From Alphaproteobacteria bacterium (lineage in GTDB: Bacteria; Pseudomonadota; Alphaproteobacteria; RF32; CAG-239), in the NCBI GenBank assembly GCA_028706255.1, contig JAQWBS010000001.1:199411-263410 (forward strand): DNA of 64,000 nucleotides, given 5' to 3'. This document shows, piece by piece, positions 34,305 to 44,942 of this stretch. Under the pieces are notes generated by a model. It did no database searches. It saw nothing but the letters and a program-made list of their open reading frames with translations, and was not told the DNA's origin. Position 1 is the first letter of the stretch, and the number at the start of each line of letters is the position of its first letter. A program made the position numbers and the translations under genes.

Positions 34305-35231
34305 ATGCAAAAGATATACAATTCTATCACTGAAATGGTTGGTGACACACCGCTTATCAGACTCAACCGTCTGGCAGAAAAATACAATGTAAAAGCAAAT
34401 ATTCTAGGAAAATGTGAATTTTATAATCCCTTGTTTTCCGTCAAAGATCGCATTGCTGCAAGAATGATTGAAAGTGCTGAAAAATCTGGACGCATTACCG
34501 AAGACACTGTTTTTGTTGAAGCAACATCTGGAAACACCGGCATTGCCCTCTCTGCACTCTGTGCTTCAAAAGGCTATAAACTGGTTATTTTGATGCCTGA
34601 AAATATGTCTGTTGAACGCATTGAAATGATGAAACACTTTGGTGCAGAAGTTGTGTTAACCCCTCAAGGGGAAGGCATGAATGGTGCAATTAAAAAAGCA
34701 GAATTGCTTGCAGCGAAAAACCCTAACGTCATTCTAACACAACAATTTGAAAACGAAGCCAACCCAGAAGCACACAAACTTGGCACTGCTATTGAACTGA
34801 TTGAACAAACAGACGGCAACATCGACTGCTTCATCAGTGCGGTTGGAACAGCGGGAACAATCAACGGCGTTGCTTCAACACTTAAAACTTATAATCCAGA
34901 CTTATATGTTGTGGCAGTTGAACCTGCTGGAAGCCCTGTCTTGAATGGTGGATTGAAAGGCCCACATAAAATCCCTGGGATTGGAGCTGGTTTTATCCCT
35001 AAATTTTATGAAAAAGACTTAGTGAACGAAGTTGTTGATATCACTGATGAAGAAGCTTGGGAAATGGTTGGTATCACTGCAAAAGCAGAAGGCTTGCCAA
35101 TTGGCATTTCTGGTGGTGCGGCTTTGGCAGCAGCCCTCAAAGTTGGAGCAAGAGAAGACATGCAAGGTAAAAATATTGTGGTCATTCTAGCCTCTGCGGT
35201 TGAACGTTACCTCTCTTTGCTTTTCACCTAA
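34305..35231 (+). CDS. cysK: cysteine synthase A (O-acetylserine sulfhydrylase)
   Basis: 308 aa. Has the PLP-lysine motif NPLFSVKDRIA, the ATSGNTGIAL loop and GTAGT. Confidence 0.92.
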   Translation: MQKIYNSITEMVGDTPLIRLNRLAEKYNVKANILGKCEFYNPLFSVKDRIAARMIESAEKSGRITEDTVFVEATSGNTGIALSALCASKGYKLVILMPENMSVERIEMMKHFGAEVVLTPQGEGMNGAIKKAELLAAKNPNVILTQQFENEANPEAHKLGTAIELIEQTDGNIDCFISAVGTAGTINGVASTLKTYNPDLYVVAVEPAGSPVLNGGLKGPHKIPGIGAGFIPKFYEKDLVNEVVDITDEEAWEMVGITAKAEGLPIGISGGAALAAALKVGAREDMQGKNIVVILASAVERYLSLLFT

Positions 35232-35248
35232 AACAAGGAAAATTTTAA

Positions 35249-36166
35249 ATGTTTGATAAAGTCACCATCATTGGCATTGGCATGATTGGTTCATCCATTG
35301 CCAGAGTCATAAAAAAAGAACATCTTGCAAAAAAATTAGTTGCCTATGATGTTAATTTGACATATCTCAAACAAGCCCTTGAACTCAAGATTTGCGACGA
35401 AGTCCAAGACGACCTCATTGCTGCTGTTAAAGATGCTGAACTTATTATCTATGCTTCTCCTGTCGGCACTTATTCCGAAATCACCAGAAACATTGTGCCT
35501 CACCTCAAAGACGGAACAATTATCACGGACGTTGGCTCGGTTAAAAGATGTGCCATTAGAGATGTTGAAAAACATATTACAGATGAATCAGGCATTGTCT
35601 TTGTTGCCGGACACCCTGTTGCAGGGATTGAAAAATCAGGTCCTGAAGTTGGCTTTGCAGAAATGTTTGAAGACAGATGGTTTATCATCACCCCTTCCGC
35701 TCGCTCAACCGAAGAAGCAATTACAAAAATTTCAAAGCTTTGGGCAAAAGCCAAGATGAAAATTGACATTATGACCCCGAAACATCACGACAAAGTGATG
35801 GCGGCTGTGTCGCACCTGCCTCACTTAATTGCTTTTTCAATTGTGGGAACGGTTGCTGACTTAGAAGGCTATGAACAGCAAGAAATCATTAAATATTCCG
35901 CCTCTGGTTTTCGTGATTTCACTCGAATTGCGGGGTCAGACCCCACCATGTGGCGTGACATTTTCTTGAACAACAAAGAAACGATTTTAGAACTAATTCA
36001 AAGATTCGTTGAAGATTTAATTGCCCTCCAAAGAAACATTCGCTGGAATGAAGGTGATGAACTTTTCAAACTCTTTTCTCGCACTCAAAAAATTCGCAAA
36101 GAAGTGATTGAAGCAAAACAACATCAAATGGAAGAGGAAAAGCGCCTGACAAACAACCAAAAATAA
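35249..36166 (+). CDS. tyrC: prephenate/arogenate (cyclohexadienyl) dehydrogenase
   Basis: 305 aa. Has the Rossmann motif IIGIGMIGSS and GHPVAG. It is monofunctional, with no chorismate mutase domain. Confidence 0.85.
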   Translation: MFDKVTIIGIGMIGSSIARVIKKEHLAKKLVAYDVNLTYLKQALELKICDEVQDDLIAAVKDAELIIYASPVGTYSEITRNIVPHLKDGTIITDVGSVKRCAIRDVEKHITDESGIVFVAGHPVAGIEKSGPEVGFAEMFEDRWFIITPSARSTEEAITKISKLWAKAKMKIDIMTPKHHDKVMAAVSHLPHLIAFSIVGTVADLEGYEQQEIIKYSASGFRDFTRIAGSDPTMWRDIFLNNKETILELIQRFVEDLIALQRNIRWNEGDELFKLFSRTQKIRKEVIEAKQHQMEEEKRLTNNQK

Positions 36167-36229
36167 ACTTGCTAAATTAGTGAGAATTTATATACTCAGG
36201 CTAATAAATAAAAAGGATTTTCCAAAAGA

Positions 36230-37336
36230 ATGAAAATAAACAACCTCATTTCAAAATATCTCATTCGTAGTTTTCTCGTAAACTTCATTGCCGTATTGTT
36301 TATGATTCTCGGCATTATCTTGATGTTTGAAGTAATTGATTTGCTCCGCAGAGTTTCAGACCGTAGCGATGTCGGATTTGACTTTGTTTTGCAAATGGCG
36401 TTCACCAAACTCCCTCGAACCTTAGAAATGGTCTTCCCGTTTGTGGTGATGATTGCTGCAATGATGACTTTTTGGAAGTTTAGCAAAAGCAATGAGTTTG
36501 TCGTGATTCGTGCCGCTGGCGTTTCCGTCTGGGGCTTTTTATATCCTGTTTTATTTACGGCTTTTGCCATTGGCGTCATCAATATCATATTGCTAAATCC
36601 AATTGCTTCACAGATGTATGAAATCCACGAAACATTAGACTATCGATTTAAAACAAAAAATCCGAAAGCAATGCTTTTTAACAGCAAAGGCTTGTGGATT
36701 CGAGAAGCCATTAATAATGATGAAACTATGGTTTTTCATGCAAAATCGCTCCGTCAAGTGAATGCAAATTTACTCCTTAACAAAATCACCCTGATTGAAA
36801 CAGACAAAACCTCTCGCCCAATCAGACGCCTTGAAGCTTTTGCTGGAGAATTAAACAATGGCTTCTTCGACCTTGCTGACATTAAAATTTATACAGCAGG
36901 AAAAGAAACAGAAACAATCAGCAACCTGAAATATCCAACCAGCTTAAACATCGAACGTATTAAAGAAAACTTTATTGAACCTGAAGCCATTTCCTTTTGG
37001 GATTTACCTGAAACCATAAGATTTTATGAACTCTCAGGGTTCTCCGTGCAAAAGCACTATATGAGATATCTCACCTTGCTTGTTTCACCATTTCTGCTTT
37101 GTGCGATGATTTTTGTGGCAGCCGTCTTTTCACTTCGCCCCAACACACGTAAAGGGGGTGTGATTTTGATGATTGTTGGCGGGGTCACCACAGGGTTCAC
37201 GGTTTATTTCCTGTCACAAGTCATTTATGCGTTCGGCTTAAATGATTATATCCCAATTTGGTTGGCTGTGCTTTCACCCTCACTGATTACCATCTTGTTT
37301 TCTGTGTCCCTTCTACTTCACCTTGAGGACGGCTAA
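36230..37336 (+). CDS. lptG: LPS export ABC transporter permease, LptF/LptG (YjgP/YjgQ) family, probably LptG
   Basis: 368 aa. Has the N-terminal pattern LISKYLIRSFL, 3+3 TM helices flanking a periplasmic beta-jellyroll region. Confidence 0.8.
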   Translation: MKINNLISKYLIRSFLVNFIAVLFMILGIILMFEVIDLLRRVSDRSDVGFDFVLQMAFTKLPRTLEMVFPFVVMIAAMMTFWKFSKSNEFVVIRAAGVSVWGFLYPVLFTAFAIGVINIILLNPIASQMYEIHETLDYRFKTKNPKAMLFNSKGLWIREAINNDETMVFHAKSLRQVNANLLLNKITLIETDKTSRPIRRLEAFAGELNNGFFDLADIKIYTAGKETETISNLKYPTSLNIERIKENFIEPEAISFWDLPETIRFYELSGFSVQKHYMRYLTLLVSPFLLCAMIFVAAVFSLRPNTRKGGVILMIVGGVTTGFTVYFLSQVIYAFGLNDYIPIWLAVLSPSLITILFSVSLLLHLEDG

Positions 37337-37995
37337 TGAAACTTTATGAACGCTTTGAAAAAAAACCAACGCTTCCTTTAACTTTTGGACTAGGACTTAT
37401 TCTGGTTGGACTTTTTTCAGAACAAATCGACCTTTTTTTTAGTCGCATTTTCTTCAAGGAAGACCTTTTCCACCTCAAAGATAATGAAATTTTTTACGCA
37501 TTAAACCATGTCTTACCAGTGTCTTTGGTCTTATTATCCTTTATTTTTCTTTTGCTAGGACTATTTCAAAAAATTGAAAGAAAAAAGATGATTTTTCTCT
37601 TTGGTTCAATGCTCACAGGTCCTTTATTAATTACAAATGCACTTTTCAAAACCATGTGGGGCAGAGCCAGACCCTTTCAAATTATTGAATTTAATGGAGA
37701 CAAACACTTTTCTTCAGCACTCATTCCCTCTGACCAATGTTCTTGGGATTGCTCTTTCGTTTCAGGACACACTGCCGTTGCCATGTGGACACTCAGTCTA
37801 GCCCTGCTTTGCCCCGTGAAATATAGAAATTTAGCAATTATATTCTCCCTTTTCTTCACAGTTCTTGTCGGAATGAGTCGCATTGTTCAGGGATACCACT
37901 TTTTTAGCGATGTTCTCTTCGCTGCGGTTATCAATTTTTATGTGGTTTGGTTTTTTTATACCTCTGTTTATCTTGAAAAAAAGACTAGCTTTTAA
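37336..37995 (+). CDS. PAP2-superfamily membrane phosphatase (LpxE/LpxF-like candidate)
   Basis: 219 aa. All three PAP2 motifs are present: KTMWGRARP, SFVSGHT and SRIVQGYHFFSDV. Its ATG overlaps the lptG stop (TAATG). Confidence 0.82.
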   Translation: MKLYERFEKKPTLPLTFGLGLILVGLFSEQIDLFFSRIFFKEDLFHLKDNEIFYALNHVLPVSLVLLSFIFLLLGLFQKIERKKMIFLFGSMLTGPLLITNALFKTMWGRARPFQIIEFNGDKHFSSALIPSDQCSWDCSFVSGHTAVAMWTLSLALLCPVKYRNLAIIFSLFFTVLVGMSRIVQGYHFFSDVLFAAVINFYVVWFFYTSVYLEKKTSF

Positions 37996-38041
37996 AAAAG
38001 ATTCATGATATACAGAGCATAATTTGATAAATATTATTGAA

Positions 38042-38068
38042 GGTGGGGTGAGAACCCCACCTTCTTTC
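38042..38068 (+). terminator. GC-rich hairpin between the PAP2 gene and rimP
   Basis: GGTGGGG-TGAGAA-CCCCACC followed by TTCTTTC. Confidence 0.55.
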
Positions 38069-38089
38069 ATAAGAAAAACAGGACATTTT

Positions 38090-38578
38090 ATGAAAACTGA
38101 AGAAAAAATTGAAAGCATTATCGCCCCAATCATTGATGAAATGGGTTATGAGATTGTTAGAGTAATGCTTATGGGTCAAGCCAGACCAACTTTGCAGATT
38201 ATGATTGATAATAAGAATGGAAAGCCAATCATTGTTGATGACTGTGTCAAAGTCAGTAAAGCCATTGAAGAGCCTCTCGATTTAAACATCGATATTGAAT
38301 ATGTGTTAGAAGTTAGCTCTCCAGGGGTTGACCGCCCACTCACCAAGATTGAGCATTTTGAAAAATTTGTCGGTTTTGAAGCAAAAATCGACACCCTAAC
38401 AGCCGTTGAAGAAAGAAAAAGATTCAAAGGAAAACTTCTTTCTGTCAAAGGCGATAAGATTGAAATTGAAACTGATGGCAACAACTATACCGTCAGCTTT
38501 GATAATGTCTTGAAATCAAAACTCGTTTTAACGGACGAGCTTCTAAAATCATACCAACAACAAATTGAAGAAAACTAA
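38090..38578 (+). CDS. rimP: ribosome maturation factor RimP
   Basis: Internal ATG at 38090: MKTEEKIESIIAPIIDEMGYEIVRV..., LEVSSPGVDRPL. Confidence 0.9.
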   Translation: MKTEEKIESIIAPIIDEMGYEIVRVMLMGQARPTLQIMIDNKNGKPIIVDDCVKVSKAIEEPLDLNIDIEYVLEVSSPGVDRPLTKIEHFEKFVGFEAKIDTLTAVEERKRFKGKLLSVKGDKIEIETDGNNYTVSFDNVLKSKLVLTDELLKSYQQQIEEN

Positions 38579-38596
38579 ATTTTTAAGAGGAAGAAA

Positions 38597-40117
38597 ATGT
38601 CAAACATTGAAAATATGCCAAGACCTGAAATCATATTAGTTGCTGACACTGTTGCCAGAGAAAAAAACATTGAAAGAGAAGATGTTTTTGTCGCTATGGA
38701 AGTTGCTATTCAAAAAGCCGCTCGTTCAAAATATGGATTTGAACATGATATTAGAGCAAATATTGACCGCAAAACAGGTGCAATTAACTTGGCAAGATAT
38801 CGTGAAGTTGTTGCCTCAGTTGAAGAAATTGAAAATGATGCTGCACAACTTGTTTTGGAAGATGCAAAACTTTACGACAAAAACGCAACTGTTGGCGAAT
38901 TTTTAATTGACCAACTTCCTCCAATTGATTTCGGACGTATTGCCGCTCAAACAGCAAAACAAGTTATCACTCAAAAAGTGCGCGAAGCTGAAAGAAACAA
39001 GCAATATGAAGAATATGTTCAAAAAGTTGGTGCAATCATCAATGGGACAGTCAAAAGAGTTGAATTTGGTAATGTTGTTTTAGACATTGGTAAGGCTGAA
39101 GCTGTTTTACGCCGTGACGAAATTATCCCTCGTGAAAAGTTCAAAAACGGTGACCGTGTTCGTGCTTACGTCCTTGAAGTTCGTAAAGAAACAAAAGGTC
39201 CACAAATCTTTCTTTCTCGTACTTGCCCTGAATTTTTGGAAAAACTTTTCACTTCAGAAGTGCCAGAAATCTATGATGGAATTGTTAAAATTGTTGGCGT
39301 TGCTCGTGACCCTGGGTCAAAAGCAAAAATCGCAGTTAAAACAGATGATGTGACCATTGATGCCGTTGGCGCAACAGTTGGCTTGCGAGGCATTCGTGTT
39401 CAAGCAGTTGTTAACGAACTGCAAGGTGAAAAAATTGACGTCATTCAATATTCAGAAGACAAAGCACAATTCATTGTTAGTGCACTTGCACCTGCAGAAG
39501 TTTCTAAAGTGGTGATTGATGAAGACAGCAACCGCATTGAAGTTGTTGTGCCACAAGAACAATTCTCAATCGCTATTGGTCGTCGTGGCCAAAACGTTAA
39601 ACTTGCTTCTCAACTCATCAATAGTGATATTGATGTTTTAACTGAAGACCAAGAACAAGAAAGAAGAGCTAACGAAAACAAAGTTCGTTCACAAAGATTT
39701 ATGGAAGCTTTAGACGTTGATGAAATGATTGCTCACTTGCTCATTGCAGAAGGTTTCTCTAAGGTTGATGAAATTGCGTTGGTTGATCTTTCTGAAATCA
39801 CAGACATTGAAGGCTTTGATGAAGATGTTGCGAAAGAACTTCAAACACGCGCCATTAATTTTGTTCAAAACAGAGACAAAGAATTTGCTGCTCAATCTAA
39901 AGACTTAGGCATTGATGAAAGCCTTAAAACTGTTGAAGGTCTTGACCAAGACATGGTCATCACTTTGGCAAAAGCAGAAATCAAAAACATCGATGACTTG
40001 GCAGATCTTGCTGCTGACGAACTTATCGAAATTTTGGGTGAAACCGCAATTTCAGAAGTTGAAGCAAACCGCATCATTATGAATGCTAGAGCTCACTGGT
40101 TTGAAGAGGAAAAATAG
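38597..40117 (+). CDS. nusA: transcription termination/antitermination factor NusA
   Basis: 506 aa with S1, KH1 and KH2 domains (IAIGRRGQNVKLAS) and C-terminal HhH repeats. Confidence 0.98.
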   Translation: MSNIENMPRPEIILVADTVAREKNIEREDVFVAMEVAIQKAARSKYGFEHDIRANIDRKTGAINLARYREVVASVEEIENDAAQLVLEDAKLYDKNATVGEFLIDQLPPIDFGRIAAQTAKQVITQKVREAERNKQYEEYVQKVGAIINGTVKRVEFGNVVLDIGKAEAVLRRDEIIPREKFKNGDRVRAYVLEVRKETKGPQIFLSRTCPEFLEKLFTSEVPEIYDGIVKIVGVARDPGSKAKIAVKTDDVTIDAVGATVGLRGIRVQAVVNELQGEKIDVIQYSEDKAQFIVSALAPAEVSKVVIDEDSNRIEVVVPQEQFSIAIGRRGQNVKLASQLINSDIDVLTEDQEQERRANENKVRSQRFMEALDVDEMIAHLLIAEGFSKVDEIALVDLSEITDIEGFDEDVAKELQTRAINFVQNRDKEFAAQSKDLGIDESLKTVEGLDQDMVITLAKAEIKNIDDLADLAADELIEILGETAISEVEANRIIMNARAHWFEEEK

Positions 40118-40690
40118 TTGACAAGAGAACTTGACACCACAAGAAAGTCTATTGTTTCTGGCGAAGTGAAGGAGATTGAACATCTTCTTCGCTTCACTGA
40201 AGCAGAAGGCTTGCTCATTCCAGACTTCCAAAAGAAGTTTGCAGGCAAAGGTGTTTATGTCGAAAATTCGATTTCGACACTCAAGAAAGCAATTGAAAAA
40301 AAATTATTTTCAAAATTTTACAAAAAGAACTTGAATGAAAACATGGAACTTATCACTCAAGTTGAAAAAATAATGAAAAAGAAAGGGCTTGATTCCATTA
40401 ACATTTCTCGTAAAGCCGGCATTTTAATTACTGGTTTTGAGAAAGTTAGAGAAGTCATTATTCATGATAAAGCAGCCTTTCTCTTAGAAGCAAAAGACGC
40501 AGGAGATGATGGACATAACAAAATTATTTCTCTTGCAAAAGAAATAGAAATTTTTTCTTTATACACAATTGAGGAGTTAGACAGGGCATTAGATAAAACC
40601 AACACCGTGCATATTGCTTTTAAGAAAAGCCCAATGGCAAAAACCGTCCATAAAGATTTTATGAAACTTAAAAATTTTTTAGAAAATTAG
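40118..40690 (+). CDS. YlxR (DUF448)-like RNA-binding protein fused to an L7Ae-like domain
   Basis: 190 aa with a TTG start directly after the nusA stop. It occupies the conserved nusA-infB position. The GKGVYV motif of DUF448 is present. The Cys-containing R.C motif is not evident, so this copy is divergent. Confidence 0.65.
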   Translation: MTRELDTTRKSIVSGEVKEIEHLLRFTEAEGLLIPDFQKKFAGKGVYVENSISTLKKAIEKKLFSKFYKKNLNENMELITQVEKIMKKKGLDSINISRKAGILITGFEKVREVIIHDKAAFLLEAKDAGDDGHNKIISLAKEIEIFSLYTIEELDRALDKTNTVHIAFKKSPMAKTVHKDFMKLKNFLEN

Positions 40691-40712
40691 AAAAAGACAA
40701 GGAAATGTTATA

Positions 40713-43130
40713 ATGAGTGATAACAAACTAACATTATCAAGTAAATCAACCCTAACTTTGAAGAACATCGGAGATGGCTCAAGAGCCAATGCTTCTGATG
40801 GCAAAAAAGTTGTGCAAGTTGAAGTTCGCAAAAAGAGAATAATTACCCAACAAAGTGCTAGCCCTAAGGCCGATGAAAATGTCAAAATTGATGACCACAT
40901 GGCGGCTAAGCTAAAACTCATTGCTGAAGCAAAAGAACACGAAGCAAAAAGACTTCAAGAAGAAGAAGAAAGAGAAGTTTTGCGTCAAAAGCAAAGAGAA
41001 GAGGAAGAAAAAAGAAGACAGGAAGAAGAAAAACAATCTACTTTGAAAAAAGAAGAAAAACCTGTTGTTGCAAAAAGTGAAAAAACAACAGAAGAAAAAC
41101 CTGCTCCAAAATTTAAAGAGAAAAAAACGCGTGACTTTGAAGAACCTACTGAAGACTTCAAGAAAAACAAAAAAGAAACACCTTCTGATGACTTTGAAGA
41201 ACGCAAAAAAGTAACAAAAAGAAGCTTTGAACCACAAAAAAGAAGCAACAAACCAAATGTTCACAGTTTCTCTTCTGACGAAGATGAAGATGATTATGGA
41301 TTTGGTGGTCAAAGACGTCGCTTCAAAAGAAAACAACCAAAACAAGCTCAAATTCAACACCCTCAAGAAAAAGTGATTAAGGAAGTTATTATTCCTGAAA
41401 TTATCACCGTTCAAGAGCTTGCAAACCGTATGGCTGAAAAAAGTGCAGAAGTCATTAAAAAATTGATGGCTTTAGGTGTCATGGCAACAATTAACCAACC
41501 AATTGACGCCGACACAGCACAAATCGTGGTTGAAGAACTTGGTCACAAATTCAAACGTGTGGCAGATAGTGATGTTGAACAAAACTTGATTGACCATGAA
41601 GACACTGAAGAGGAATTAGTTTTCCGTGCTCCTGTTGTAACGGTTATGGGACACGTTGACCATGGTAAAACCTCTTTGCTCGATGCCTTAAGAGAAACAA
41701 ACGTTGCTGACAGAGAAGCTGGTGGCATCACCCAACATATTGGTGCTTACCAAGTAGGTCTTGAAAATGGCAACAAAGTCACCTTCATTGACACCCCAGG
41801 ACACGAAGCATTTTCCGAAATGCGTGCCCGTGGTGCAAAAGTGACAGATATTGTTATCTTGGTGGTTGCCGCCAATGACGGCATTATGCCACAAACGATT
41901 GAAGCGATTCGCCATGCTCAAGCTGCTGGTGTTCCAATTGTTGTTGCAATTAACAAAATTGACCTTCCTGGGGCTGACCCGCTTCGTGTTAAAACAGATT
42001 TGCTTAATCATGGCATTGCTGTTGAAGATATGGGTGGCGAAACACTTTGTGTTGAAGTTTCTGCAAAGAAAAGAATTAACATTAAAGGTCTTTTGGAAGC
42101 TGTGCTTCTCCAAGCAGAAATGCTTGATTTAAAAGCAAACCCTAATCGCAAAGGCGACGGAACTGTTGTTGAAGCAAAAATGGAAAAAGGCCGTGGTTCT
42201 GTGGCAACCGTTTTGGTTCAAAGAGGAACATTGCAAATTGGTGACATCTTTGTTGCTGGAAAAGAATGGGGTCGTGTTCGTGCAATGTTTAACGAACATG
42301 GTAAAAAAATTGAAAGTGCTAGACCTTCAACACCAGTTGAGGTTTTGGGGCTTCAAGGCACGCCTTCTGCTGGGGACACTTTTGTTGTGGCAGATAGTGA
42401 AGAACAAGCTCGTGAAGTAACAACATATCGCATTAACAAAGAAAGAGATGCAAAGATTGTTAAAAGTGCTAAAACAGCGATGGAACAAATGCTTGATAAG
42501 ATTAAGTCTGGTGAAATTAAACATTTACCAATCATTATCAAAGCAGACGTTCAAGGCTCAATTGAAGCGATTGAAGGCATTTTGAACAAACTTTCAAACG
42601 AAGAAGTTTCTGTTCAGATTTTGCACTCTGCTGTGGGTCCAATTTCTGAATCAGACGTTACTTTGGCAAAAGCTTCTCATGCGTTCATCATTGGCTTTAA
42701 CGTTCGTGCGATTCCGCAAGCTCGTGATATGGCAAAACGTGACGGCATTGACATTCGCTACTACTCAATCATTTATGACGTTGCAGATGATGTTAAGAAA
42801 GCCCTCCAAGGTATGCTTTCTCCTGAACTTCGTGAAAAAATCATCGGTTATGCTGAAATCCGTAAAGTCTTCAACATTACTGGTATTGGTAAGGTTGCGG
42901 GATGTATGGTCACAGAAGGCTTTGTGAAACGTGGGGCGAAAGTTCGCTTACTCCGTGACAACGTGGTCATTCATGACGGTGGTCTTGGACAACTCAAACG
43001 TGCCAAAGACGATGTGAAAGAAGTTAAATCTGGCTATGAATGTGGTATGAGCTTTGAAAAATATGATGACATCAAAGAAGGTGACTACATTGAATGCTAT
43101 GAAGTTGAAGAACTTGAAAGACAACTTTAA
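40713..43130 (+). CDS. infB: translation initiation factor IF-2
   Basis: 805 aa with a Lys/Glu-rich N-terminal region. The G domain has [24 protein letters not shown] and NKID. Confidence 0.98.
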   Translation: MSDNKLTLSSKSTLTLKNIGDGSRANASDGKKVVQVEVRKKRIITQQSASPKADENVKIDDHMAAKLKLIAEAKEHEAKRLQEEEEREVLRQKQREEEEKRRQEEEKQSTLKKEEKPVVAKSEKTTEEKPAPKFKEKKTRDFEEPTEDFKKNKKETPSDDFEERKKVTKRSFEPQKRSNKPNVHSFSSDEDEDDYGFGGQRRRFKRKQPKQAQIQHPQEKVIKEVIIPEIITVQELANRMAEKSAEVIKKLMALGVMATINQPIDADTAQIVVEELGHKFKRVADSDVEQNLIDHEDTEEELVFRAPVVTVMGHVDHGKTSLLDALRETNVADREAGGITQHIGAYQVGLENGNKVTFIDTPGHEAFSEMRARGAKVTDIVILVVAANDGIMPQTIEAIRHAQAAGVPIVVAINKIDLPGADPLRVKTDLLNHGIAVEDMGGETLCVEVSAKKRINIKGLLEAVLLQAEMLDLKANPNRKGDGTVVEAKMEKGRGSVATVLVQRGTLQIGDIFVAGKEWGRVRAMFNEHGKKIESARPSTPVEVLGLQGTPSAGDTFVVADSEEQAREVTTYRINKERDAKIVKSAKTAMEQMLDKIKSGEIKHLPIIIKADVQGSIEAIEGILNKLSNEEVSVQILHSAVGPISESDVTLAKASHAFIIGFNVRAIPQARDMAKRDGIDIRYYSIIYDVADDVKKALQGMLSPELREKIIGYAEIRKVFNITGIGKVAGCMVTEGFVKRGAKVRLLRDNVVIHDGGLGQLKRAKDDVKEVKSGYECGMSFEKYDDIKEGDYIECYEVEELERQL

Positions 43131-43159
43131 TTTTTGAACAAATAAGATAAGGAATTAAT

Positions 43160-43540
43160 ATGCTACTCCAGGAACAATCACAACGCCAACTTAAAGTTGG
43201 GCAAGAAATTAAAAAAATTATTGCCGGCTTAATTGAGCGTGGCGAAATCAGAAATCTAGCAGAAATTAATGTTCTTGTGACTATCACAGAAGTTAGAATT
43301 TCACCAGACTTGAAATATAGCAACGTTTTCTTCGTCACTTCAGATGACAATAAAAACGAAGAAGTGCTTAAAGGCTTACAACTGGCAGCGAATTTCTTTC
43401 GTAAGCAAGTTGCCTCAAGAACTGAGCTTCGCTATGTGCCACAAATCATTTTCAAAGTTGATGAAAGCTTTGCAGAAGCAGAAAAAATTGAGAAACTTCT
43501 ATTAAATGACAAAGTTCAGAAAGACTTAAAAATTTCATAA
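43160..43540 (+). CDS. rbfA: ribosome-binding factor A
   Basis: 126 aa. Has RQLKVGQEIKKIIAGLI, ITEVRISPDLKYSNVFF and RYVPQIIFKVDES. Confidence 0.92.
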   Translation: MLLQEQSQRQLKVGQEIKKIIAGLIERGEIRNLAEINVLVTITEVRISPDLKYSNVFFVTSDDNKNEEVLKGLQLAANFFRKQVASRTELRYVPQIIFKVDESFAEAEKIEKLLLNDKVQKDLKIS

Positions 43541-43570
43541 AAAAAGGAGCCTTATTGAGGCTCCTTTTCT
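43541..43570. terminator. bidirectional terminator overlapping the 3' end of the convergent gene
   Basis: AAAAA-GGAGCCT-TATTG-AGGCTCC-TTTTCTTC. The minus-strand gene's stop codon lies in the loop region. Confidence 0.7.
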
Positions 43571-44166
43571 TCTATTGATAATTTATTGGAAAGTTCATTT
43601 AGAACATCCACTTCAGGATTTTCAATCGTCAGACGAAACTTTCCAAAAAAGGTGTCATATTCAATCACAAGCTGAGGATCAATAACGAACTCATAGCCAA
43701 GTTTTTCAGGTTCTAAGCAAAACTCTCCATCACTCCCCACCATATAATTTGGGAAATATAAATTTTTACCAATAAACCAATAAAAATCCTTTTCGACGGT
43801 TACCAAAAAAACTGGCAAATCTTTCAATGGGATTCTTTCTTCTCGTAATCTGTTTCTAACTTGCTCAGGATTTATTAATAAACTCTCCTGTGTTGCTTCA
43901 AACCAAAAAAATTTTAAAAAATTTCTAAGAGCAATCGCCTGAAGAACAATTAGCGTTAAGCAGAGGATCTTCAAAAAGAAATAAATATCTTCTCCCTTAA
44001 GCCATTGATAGCCAATGAAGAGATATATGACCAAACTTATCATACCAAGAATAAGAAACCTTGAAAAAAGTTCAGAATTTTTTGTTCTGAAAATTCTAAT
44101 CACCTCATAGTGAAAAAGAATCAATAAAACGCCCAAAATAAGCTGTATAATATGTATTGTTTCCAT
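43552..44166 (-). CDS. hypothetical membrane protein (3 TM helices plus soluble C-terminal domain)
   Basis: 204-aa ORF. No recognisable motif. Confidence 0.5.
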   Translation of the reverse strand: METIHIIQLILGVLLILFHYEVIRIFRTKNSELFSRFLILGMISLVIYLFIGYQWLKGEDIYFFLKILCLTLIVLQAIALRNFLKFFWFEATQESLLINPEQVRNRLREERIPLKDLPVFLVTVEKDFYWFIGKNLYFPNYMVGSDGEFCLEPEKLGYEFVIDPQLVIEYDTFFGKFRLTIENPEVDVLNELSNKLSIEEKEPQ

Positions 44167-44319
44167 AATTCAATAGATTAAATAATTTGAATAAATAATA
44201 ACTTCTATGCGGGATAATCTCATTTTTGTCATTTTTTGTCAAGTGTATAATTTGTTTGACGAAAAAGAACAATTTGCTATTATCATCTTGAAAATTAATT
44301 ATTAAAATATTATTGACTT

Positions 44320-44904
44320 ATGGAAATTATCAAAAGCAAAACAACAATGTTAAAGATGAATCAAGGCACTTTAACAATTGACAGGAATGAGAATAATCTC
44401 CTCACCCTTCGTTTTATGAATGGATATGGTGTTTGGCAAAGAAGTAATATCAAAAGATATACGGCAAATAAGTTCTATTTCACGTTCACAGATATAAATG
44501 GAGCCTTGTCATATTTTTTTCCGTCAATTCTGATGAGAGAAGAACTAATTGGGCTTCCTTTCTTGCAAAAATACTACCTTGCGAAAGACCCACATCATAA
44601 AGATGAGATGATTATTTCAACCTTTATGCAAAGTAATGAATATGCCTATGTGAACAAAAGAAGCACATATAGCATTATTCATAATGAAAATTTCTTGATT
44701 TTGGGAACGGAGGGTTATCGGAAAATCATTCCCCTCACTGAAAGAAGGCTCGGAGACGAAATAACACTCTCTCCTGAGGCGCTTTATGAAACAACCATCA
44801 TTAACAATGATGCCTTGCTTCACATTCCTCTAAAAAAGGAACTCTTCTTGGTAAGAGCACATAATGTGCTTGAAAGAGGACTCTTTACTTTTCCAGACTT
44901 ATAA
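44320..44904 (+). CDS. hypothetical protein
   Basis: 194-aa ORF. No recognisable motif. Confidence 0.5.
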   Translation: MEIIKSKTTMLKMNQGTLTIDRNENNLLTLRFMNGYGVWQRSNIKRYTANKFYFTFTDINGALSYFFPSILMREELIGLPFLQKYYLAKDPHHKDEMIISTFMQSNEYAYVNKRSTYSIIHNENFLILGTEGYRKIIPLTERRLGDEITLSPEALYETTIINNDALLHIPLKKELFLVRAHNVLERGLFTFPDL

Positions 44905-44908
44905 AAAA

Positions 44909-44942
44909 ACCCCATGGCTCCCAATAAGGAGAGCGATGGGGT
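44909..44942 (-). terminator. hairpin with T-run on the minus strand
   Basis: CCCCATGGCTC...GAGCGATGGGG. On the minus strand it is followed by TTTTTTT. It lies about 250 nt downstream of ampG, so the assignment to ampG is uncertain. Confidence 0.5.

Noticed and set aside
36196-36588. 130-aa minus-strand ORF overlapping the 5' part of lptG.
   Set aside because: The plus-strand frame has the LptF/G family pattern and continues for 368 aa. The antisense ORF has no motif.
40911-41414. 167-aa minus-strand ORF (and 40985-41251) rich in Phe/Ser/Leu.
   Set aside because: It is the antisense shadow of the Lys/Glu-rich (AAG/GAA) N-terminal region of infB. It is not an independent gene.
44320-44904. 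Short similarity between this orphan (NGYGVW...KFYFTFTD) and the repeated module of the 23310-24572 protein (NGSYGVYS...KHYFALTF, TGYGIYSY...EHYFTLID).
   Set aside because: It is limited to two short aromatic/Gly motifs with no extended alignment. That is insufficient to claim paralogy.
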